A program made the translations under genes and the position numbers. From positions 1 to 31,392 of IMG/VR virus record IMGVR_UViG_3300012943_000050: DNA of 31,392 bases; one strand, given 5' to 3'. Below are positions 25,416 to 31,392 of the stretch, one piece after another. The stretch is from a virus. Its lineage: Duplodnaviria; Caudoviricetes. The notes under the pieces are model-generated. The model saw only the letters and a program-made list of their open reading frames with translations, was not told the origin of the DNA and made no database searches. Position 1 is the stretch's first letter. Every line of letters begins with the position of its first letter.

Positions 25416-27175
25416 TGTCGTCAACTGCGGTCTACATGAAAGACTTGCAAAACTGGGTGCCGGACCTTGATCCGCGGCGCTTGGCGAAGACGGCTATTAT
25501 TTCCGGTCAGAATTTTCTTGACGATGTGGATGGGCCGAAATCGTACTTTGGCCACAGTTTTGCCGATTTCAATCGGTTCTCTGAAATTTCTCGTGAAAAG
25601 ATTTCCGAACTCAAGGTGAACGACGAGTTCTTTTATGGCACCCCTGAAGGAGTGTTTCGTCTTAATCCGGATACATTGGCGCTTGAGCTTATTATCGCGG
25701 TTAATGTGATCAACACTTACTGGCCGTGGACAGTTGCGTTTGTGGGGAATATTTACTACTTTGCGCAATACAACATTGGCCTGTTCCAATTCAACGCGGT
25801 GACCAATGCTGTACAGAAACTTACAACTCCTGCAAATGATCTTGTCCGTTTCGTCTGTGCTTCTTATGGGCGCGTCATTGCTCTTAGCGATACTTTCGTT
25901 ATGTGGTCTGCGCTCGATGATGGTACGGACTTTGAACCTTCGACGCTCACAGGGGCTGGCGCGCAAGTTTTATCAATCATTGGTAAGACTGGTTATCGCG
26001 TTGATCCTGTGGCTGATGGTTTTATCGTTTCTACTGAAAATGGCCTTTTGAAGGGTGAGCAGGTGGCTGCCGTTTACGTTTGGCGGTTTTATGTGCTGTC
26101 GAATGATGTGAAAATTAAGAGCCCAAATGCGGGGGTTATTCTTCCTGATATTGGATATCTTGCGCTGGATAAGAGCGGTTTTCATATTACGAACGGTGCG
26201 GCGCCCCAGCCTTGGGAAGCGGATTTTGGAACATATCTCAAAGACAATATCATTAAGAATATGGACGAGCGTCAGGTTGGAAATGTCGGAATGTATTTCT
26301 CGCAGGCGTCCAGAATTCTTTTTGTCTATTTTGCCCCCAAGATTATGGAGGGGGAATTCAATCAGACTTTTGCGTATTACATGCCATCGCAAGGATGGGG
26401 CGAATTCCATTACCGGCATCATGGGATTTTTGAAACTCAAACAGGCTTGGACAAACACAATACCAATTGCTTCATGGATTTGGATGGCTATATCAAATTC
26501 TTCAATGGTCAGCCGCAGAGTGAAACGCTTCCGACAATTCCGAATTGTATTGCCGATTATCTGTTCCGTGAAGCTTCCGAGCCGGCCATTAAAAAGGTTG
26601 GTAACACCCTTGTCGGTGTAACGGAAGTCTATGGATCGGATTTTGATTGTTCGGCATTTGATATTATAGCAGGTGCTGGACTTTACTTGCCGGATGCGTA
26701 TGGAAATCCAGTGGCAATTACCTTGCCAAAGATTGGGCTCAATTCTGTTCTCGATGTTGGGATGTTTCGTTTTGCGGCCCAACAGCAGGCGGATGAAGTT
26801 TCCGGGATTTCGACTATGCAAGTGGGCGTTTTCCCCGCGGATGTGAATATTTCCGTGGAAGATTATAATGATGCAGAGGAAGCTTCGGAAGAGGATTATA
26901 ACGACGGCGATGGTAGTGTGGAAGATTATGGAAATCTGACCCCTGCCGATGAATTCACCTTAGAATTGCTTGACACGGATGATGGATTTACGGAGCCGCC
27001 GCAGGGATGGGAAATGCTTTTTCCAATGGATTACATTGGGGCGACAATCACATTTTCTGCTACTGGATTTGCGTCCATTTACAAACGGTTTCGTTTTTCG
27101 GCCCTTAATCCGGGTGAACAGTTTCGTATCAAATTCATTGACATTGGCGGTCAATCCGCCGGTCGGAGGGTTTAA
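25415..27175 (+). CDS. Putative tail nozzle/hub (beta-propeller, P22 gp10/T7 gp12-like)
   Basis: 586 aa, beta-rich repeats, WSALDD..DF motif, synteny. Confidence 0.65.
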   Translation: MSSTAVYMKDLQNWVPDLDPRRLAKTAIISGQNFLDDVDGPKSYFGHSFADFNRFSEISREKISELKVNDEFFYGTPEGVFRLNPDTLALELIIAVNVINTYWPWTVAFVGNIYYFAQYNIGLFQFNAVTNAVQKLTTPANDLVRFVCASYGRVIALSDTFVMWSALDDGTDFEPSTLTGAGAQVLSIIGKTGYRVDPVADGFIVSTENGLLKGEQVAAVYVWRFYVLSNDVKIKSPNAGVILPDIGYLALDKSGFHITNGAAPQPWEADFGTYLKDNIIKNMDERQVGNVGMYFSQASRILFVYFAPKIMEGEFNQTFAYYMPSQGWGEFHYRHHGIFETQTGLDKHNTNCFMDLDGYIKFFNGQPQSETLPTIPNCIADYLFREASEPAIKKVGNTLVGVTEVYGSDFDCSAFDIIAGAGLYLPDAYGNPVAITLPKIGLNSVLDVGMFRFAAQQQADEVSGISTMQVGVFPADVNISVEDYNDAEEASEEDYNDGDGSVEDYGNLTPADEFTLELLDTDDGFTEPPQGWEMLFPMDYIGATITFSATGFASIYKRFRFSALNPGEQFRIKFIDIGGQSAGRRV

Positions 27176-28191
27176 TGGCTGTTTCTGAAAAACTTCAAAT
27201 CAGAATGACCACTCAGGATGCGGTTGTTTATACCGGTCCGAATGGTCTTATGATTATGGATACAGGTTATACGTCAATTCGCATTCATGATGGGGTTACC
27301 GAAGGCGGCAATCTTCTTTTGTCGGCCAAAGGCAATCTTCGTGAGCTGACAAATCCTGCGGCTGCGCGTGCGGCTCTCCAATTGGGTTCTGCGGCACTTT
27401 TGGATGCTGATGAAGGCTTTATGGTCGGAGCCAATAATCTTTCGGAAGTTGCCGATCAGGATGCCTCGCGGTTAAATATTGTTGCGGCAAAATCCGGGGC
27501 AAATACTGATATCACATCGGTGTTGTTGAACGACCAAGGGCTAACACAAAAAAATGTTGCGGGCGATTTCAAAACAAAATTGTCATTCGGCGGGGCAATT
27601 ACTGCGGATCGGAAACTAACAATTACCGCTCCGGACGCGGATAAAACACTCACGCTTGCGGATAATGCAACAATTTCTGGTGTCAACACCGGAGATCAGG
27701 CAACCAATCTTATTGGCGATGTGACAAGCGAGATTTCAGGCACGGATGTTGTTGTCACACTCAACGATGTTGTTGACGGTGCGGTTGCAGATAATGCCGA
27801 GCTTACAATCAATGACAAGGGACTTGTCACTGGCATTGCTGAGCGGGCACAATCTTTTCCAGTCAATAACAAGAACGGCCTTATTGATTGGCCGGGTGGT
27901 ATAACGGAACAGTTTTATAACGTACTTGTCGATGCCGATAGCGGGGCTGCTTATCTTCAAACTACAATTAATATGTTGCGAGAATTTCCTAAAGCCAATC
28001 TTATTACACTTCAACTTACGGCAACTCAAGGTATTTACCCGCCGGATAAAGGGCTTACATACAGTTTGGCTAGTATTTCGACTAGTTTTGGCAGCACTAT
28101 TTCCAGTGTTGGTGTGGTTGCCAAACGGGCTGATGCGTCAAACATGGCATATTCAGTGGAATTTTGGCTTCGTGTTGTCCACAAAACTTAA
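27175..28191 (+). CDS. Tail fibre/receptor-binding protein
   Basis: 338 aa. N-terminal YTGPNG...DT...RIHDGVTEGG (Mtd_N-like anchor), NL.EL...AAARAALQLG repeats, TINDKGLVT, C-terminal GLIDWPGGITEQ (gp53-like). Confidence 0.85.
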   Translation: MAVSEKLQIRMTTQDAVVYTGPNGLMIMDTGYTSIRIHDGVTEGGNLLLSAKGNLRELTNPAAARAALQLGSAALLDADEGFMVGANNLSEVADQDASRLNIVAAKSGANTDITSVLLNDQGLTQKNVAGDFKTKLSFGGAITADRKLTITAPDADKTLTLADNATISGVNTGDQATNLIGDVTSEISGTDVVVTLNDVVDGAVADNAELTINDKGLVTGIAERAQSFPVNNKNGLIDWPGGITEQFYNVLVDADSGAAYLQTTINMLREFPKANLITLQLTATQGIYPPDKGLTYSLASISTSFGSTISSVGVVAKRADASNMAYSVEFWLRVVHKT

Positions 28192-28200
28192 GAGGTTCCA

Positions 28201-28710
28201 ATGTCCGGTGCTTTGAAAGATGGTCTTTATCGTTCAGTAATCCAAACTCCGTGGGATAGTACGCGGTGGCCGAATTTCATGCCACGAGAAATCGCTTGCC
28301 AGGACGGGGATTGCGTTTATTGCGGTGGGTCAACGTATCTTGATTTGGATGCTCTGGACAAATTGCAGTCTATGCGGCATATGTTGAATACATCGCTTTA
28401 TATCAATTCAGGCCATCGGTGTCCAGAGCATAACAAAAAGATTGGCGGTGCGTCTGCTTCGGCGCATTTGAAATTGGCTTTCGATATTGGTTTCGGTTCG
28501 TTTGATCGCTATGAGGTTTTCTCTGCGGCTATTCGCGCGGGATTTTCTCATTTTGGTTTTATGAAACACGCCATTCATCTTGACACCCGTCCGCTTCATG
28601 CGGCGGCGCAGTATTGGTCCTACGGGCCGACAAGTCGGGAATTGTGGAAAGAAGCTTGGCAAAAAGCTTCACTCAATCCCAAGGAAATTCAAGACATTGG
28701 AGGTGTCTAA
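28201..28710 (+). CDS. Endolysin, peptidase M15A (LAS Zn-peptidase)
   Basis: INSGHRCPEHNKKIGGASASAHLKLAFDI...IHLDTR, giving H-x6-D and HxD Zn ligands. Confidence 0.9.
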   Translation: MSGALKDGLYRSVIQTPWDSTRWPNFMPREIACQDGDCVYCGGSTYLDLDALDKLQSMRHMLNTSLYINSGHRCPEHNKKIGGASASAHLKLAFDIGFGSFDRYEVFSAAIRAGFSHFGFMKHAIHLDTRPLHAAAQYWSYGPTSRELWKEAWQKASLNPKEIQDIGGV

Positions 28711-29003
28711 TGGTTGATGACACGGAAATTTCAGGCGGTGTTACCGTTCCTGATGAGGATTACGAAGGTGAATTGGAAGTGGTTTCCAAGTCCATTTTCA
28801 CTTCAAAAATCTTTTGGGGCGCTGTGTTCTCGCCGCCGGTTGGTTGGCTGACCACCCACGTGTTTGTCAACATGCCTCAGAAATATTCCGATGATTTTGT
28901 TGAGTATCTGACCTTGCTGTCAATCGTATTTATTGGGCTACGAATTGGCACCAAGAAGCCTGTGCATATCCTTGCGCCCAAGAAAGAGGAGGTTAAGCAA
29001 TGA
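28710..29003 (+). CDS. Putative holin
   Basis: 97 aa. KSIFTSKIFW motif, two hydrophobic segments, basic C-terminus. TAATG-coupled to the endolysin. Confidence 0.65.
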   Translation: MVDDTEISGGVTVPDEDYEGELEVVSKSIFTSKIFWGAVFSPPVGWLTTHVFVNMPQKYSDDFVEYLTLLSIVFIGLRIGTKKPVHILAPKKEEVKQ

Positions 29004-29380
29004 TTAAGAAAGTTCTTGTCGGTATTCTTGCCGCGTGTGCTTTGGCGGCTTGCAACACCACAAACGTCGGTGACACTTCTGGGGATTTCGTAAAGGCAGT
29101 TGTTGCCTACGAGCAAGCCCAGAATTTTTATCTGCAAAATTGCGCTCAGGAAGTCGCTGTCAAGGCAACCTGGTGTGAAAGCGTGAAAGCGCAGGTAAAA
29201 ACCGCCGATGCCGGGGCCGTGGTTGCAATCAATACCTACAATCAGGCCCTTCAATCCAATGCAAATCCGCAGGACCTGGCCACCGATCTTCAATTGGCGG
29301 TTTCGGCTCTGACCGGATTTGCTGCAATTCTGGCGCCTTACAATACGTCCGGGGCGTTGGTTTCAGGAGGGAGTTCGTAA
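29000..29380 (+). CDS. Lipoprotein in the lysis cassette
   Basis: MIKKVLVGILAACALAA-C lipobox, GAGGAGG upstream, hydrophobic C-terminal segment. Confidence 0.8.
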   Translation: MIKKVLVGILAACALAACNTTNVGDTSGDFVKAVVAYEQAQNFYLQNCAQEVAVKATWCESVKAQVKTADAGAVVAINTYNQALQSNANPQDLATDLQLAVSALTGFAAILAPYNTSGALVSGGSS

Positions 29381-29381
29381 C

Positions 29382-29555
29382 ATGGATGCATCAGAAGTTG
29401 CTCTTGTCGTGAATGCGGCATTGCAGGCGATCAATCTTGGTCTTTCGTATTTGACCGAGCTTGCCGCTGTCAATGCCAATCCCGACGAAAAAGCGGCAAT
29501 TCAGGCCCTTGTTGATCGTGTCAATGCCAATTCCTCCCGCATTGCCCAATCGTAA
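29382..29555 (+). CDS. Small amphipathic helical protein
   Basis: 57 aa, GGAG upstream. Confidence 0.65.
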   Translation: MDASEVALVVNAALQAINLGLSYLTELAAVNANPDEKAAIQALVDRVNANSSRIAQS

Positions 29556-29564
29556 GGTGTCCTG

Positions 29565-29834
29565 ATGGGTAGCTTCCGGAATGTTCTTCGCGCTTTTTTC
29601 CAATGGTTGCTGGACTGGGTATTCCCGACACAATCTCAAACGAGCGAAAAGCCCCCTGAACTTCCGGAAGTCGCTCTTCAAAGAAGTGAGGACGAAAATG
29701 CAACTCTTAAGGCCCAACGTGATACTGCAAAAGAAGCCGATCAAATTCGCAATGATGTGCACGGTAAGCTCGATGGCGCTGATCCTGCTATCGTGTACGA
29801 GCCCGATGAGTTTGAGAGGCGGGACGGAAGCTGA
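29565..29834 (+). CDS. Putative i-spanin (Rz-like)
   Basis: 89 aa. Hydrophobic/amphipathic N-terminus then coiled coil. The 3' end overlaps a lipoprotein ORF in the +1 frame. Confidence 0.55.
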   Translation: MGSFRNVLRAFFQWLLDWVFPTQSQTSEKPPELPEVALQRSEDENATLKAQRDTAKEADQIRNDVHGKLDGADPAIVYEPDEFERRDGS

Positions 29835-30009
29835 AACGACTGTTCAAAAGCCTGTTGTCAAAACCGGTCTTACCGAGGTTGAAAAATGGGCGGGTTTTTG
29901 TGCGGTCGCGAAAAGCATAACTTGGTCACCGAAAGATAGTGTTCCAACAGTTGTGCAGATTAAAGCCTATAATCAAGTTGGTAAGGAAAAATGTCATTGG
30001 GGGCAGTGA
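29752..30009 (+). CDS. Putative o-spanin (Rz1-like lipoprotein), start approximate
   Basis: MMCTVSSMALILLS-C lipobox inside the Rz-like gene. Mature part has C..AKSITWSPKDS..T..QIKAYN....C. Confidence 0.65.
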   Translation: MMCTVSSMALILLSCTSPMSLRGGTEAETTVQKPVVKTGLTEVEKWAGFCAVAKSITWSPKDSVPTVVQIKAYNQVGKEKCHWGQ

Positions 30010-30381
30010 ATGGCTGAACTTCCGGAGCCTTTTGATATGAAAATTCAAAGTGGATTTCGTGGGATAGTAGACAGCACCTTAACGCTGTTTATCACGCGTC
30101 TTTCCATTCCTTTGCTTCTAGGCCTTGCGGTGTGGATGGCATCGTCGGTGAATTCTTTGCAGCAAGATATGGCTCATGTGCAGGAAAATACCAAAGATGT
30201 TTATACCCAGCGCGATGCCAAATCGGATTTTGCACTTCGGGATGCGTTGATTACGCGAAATACAACGGACATTACCAAGCTCTGGCAAATCAACGGGCAA
30301 ACTGTGTCGGCGATGACGAGTTTGCAGGTGAAAATGAACGAGCTTGAAACCGCTCAGCGGATGGGCAGACGGGAGCATTAA
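30010..30381 (+). CDS. Membrane protein with one TM helix and a coiled coil
   Basis: 123 aa. LFITRLSIPLLLGLAVWMA followed by heptads. Confidence 0.7.
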   Translation: MAELPEPFDMKIQSGFRGIVDSTLTLFITRLSIPLLLGLAVWMASSVNSLQQDMAHVQENTKDVYTQRDAKSDFALRDALITRNTTDITKLWQINGQTVSAMTSLQVKMNELETAQRMGRREH

Positions 30382-30382
30382 G

Positions 30383-31144
30383 ATGGATTTCGGGGCTCTC
30401 TTGGAAGATTTGCTGGACAAGAACAAGTCCGGCGGTGACAACACACCTGCGGTGAAAGCTCCAGAAAGTTCGGGGCCGAGCGGCGATAGCGTGTTGAAAA
30501 GTTTCATTGATGGGCTTGTCAATGGCGATGACAACTCGGTAACTACCGGCCAGACCACCAAGACAATGCAATTTATGAATGATCTTTTTCCACAAAAACA
30601 GGGTCAGGCCCAGGTTGGTATTACCCCCATTGCAGGTACACAGTTTCCGACGACAAATTCAATCCTTAATCAGGGGCAGCTTATTCAAGGTTCGCCTCCG
30701 CCTGCAAAGGGTGTTGGGCCGAAAGGTCTTAAGGATATTATGAAGATTGTCGATGATGTGAAAGGAACAGCAAAAAATTCCGTGCCTCATGGGCAGGGCC
30801 TTACCGCGCAAAGTCCAGGCGGCGGTGGGGGCGGCTCTCCGGGTGGCGGCGTTCTTCAAAATGTTTTAAAATCCGGTGGCGATAGTGGTTTCCTTCCTGC
30901 GGCTGGTGCTGCAACGGATACTTCAATTGCTCCGGTTACAATCACGCCGGCATTAACAGAAGCGACTGCGGGTGCTGATGCAGCAGCAACGGGAGCAACT
31001 TCGGCAGCAAGTGGAGCGGTTGGTGCGGCAAGTGCTGCGGGAACAGGAGCCTCGGCGGCATCAACAGGCGCGGCAGAAGCAGGCTCAGGTGTAGGCGAAG
31101 CTCTTCAAGGCGCCTATTCGTGGCTCGCTGCGTTGTTTGCCTAA
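30383..31144 (+). CDS. Gly/Ala-rich low-complexity protein, putative ejection/internal virion protein
   Basis: 253 aa, GGAG upstream. Ala/Gly/Thr-rich C-half ending AYSWLAALFA. Confidence 0.65.
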   Translation: MDFGALLEDLLDKNKSGGDNTPAVKAPESSGPSGDSVLKSFIDGLVNGDDNSVTTGQTTKTMQFMNDLFPQKQGQAQVGITPIAGTQFPTTNSILNQGQLIQGSPPPAKGVGPKGLKDIMKIVDDVKGTAKNSVPHGQGLTAQSPGGGGGGSPGGGVLQNVLKSGGDSGFLPAAGAATDTSIAPVTITPALTEATAGADAAATGATSAASGAVGAASAAGTGASAASTGAAEAGSGVGEALQGAYSWLAALFA

Positions 31145-31159
31145 TTTAGGAGAAATTCC

Positions 31160-31392
31160 ATGGGACTTTTTGATGCACTTTTTGGTTCTACGTCCAAAGC
31201 AAGTTCGTCGACAACTGCAAATCAAACTACGCAGCAGACGGGCACGCAGACGCAAAACCAACAGCAAAGCGGCCAAACGACAAGTTCGTCAACAACAAGT
31301 TCTCTTGATGCAGATACCATCAATACGCTTAAGGGTTTGTTGCCACAATTGACTGCAAATGCGACAAGTCCGGCGAATACTCAGGATAGTGA
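31160..31392 (+). CDS. Ser/Thr/Gln-rich putative ejection/pilot protein (truncated by window edge)
   Basis: Not in the ORF track. AGGAG upstream. MGLFDALFGSTSKASSSTTANQTTQQTGTQ..., open to the window end. Confidence 0.75.
   Translation, partial: MGLFDALFGSTSKASSSTTANQTTQQTGTQTQNQQQSGQTTSSSTTSSLDADTINTLKGLLPQLTANATSPANTQDS

Noticed and set aside
27175-28191. Diversity-generating retroelement target (Mtd-like fibre)
   Set aside because: Only the N-terminal anchor is Mtd-like. No reverse transcriptase or TR/VR repeat pair is visible in the window.
2408-30561. Numerous long antisense ORFs (e.g. 2408-3070 +, 8633-9304 +, 19129-19890 -, 25973-26821 -)
   Set aside because: They are shadows of well-supported genes on the opposite strand and have no motifs or RBS.

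Overview
About 31 kb of a tailed dsDNA bacteriophage genome, podovirus-like by gene content, in two divergent arms. The host is Gram-negative because spanin-like genes are present, and an alphaproteobacterial host is only an inference. The left arm (minus strand, <1-14.2 kb) is the replication/recombination module: a family A DNA polymerase that the ORF track missed because it runs off the window edge, a DUF669-like SSB, a Sak4/AAA_24-like ATPase, a Cas4/AddB-like PD-(D/E)xK nuclease, a RecD/Dda-like SF1 helicase and many small ORFans. The right arm (plus strand, 15 kb to the end) carries terminase, portal, scaffold, major capsid, adaptor, nozzle and fibre genes, a lysis cassette (M15A peptidase endolysin, holin, lipoproteins/spanins) and probable ejection proteins. 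The most notable observations are: (1) a ~550-bp mirror-organised non-coding element with hexamer arrays and roughly helically phased tracts at the strand switch; (2) a PolA with a degenerate UDG-like N-terminal domain and concerted substitutions around the dNTP pocket (DWSASDDY, His at the 762 position, HDS); (3) structured intergenic RNA candidates flanking the SSB gene; (4) a short amphipathic peptide motif shared by several replication-arm proteins; (5) an extra lipoprotein with unimolecular-spanin-like topology beside an Rz/Rz1-like pair. All family assignments come from reading motifs by eye and from synteny. No database searches were run.
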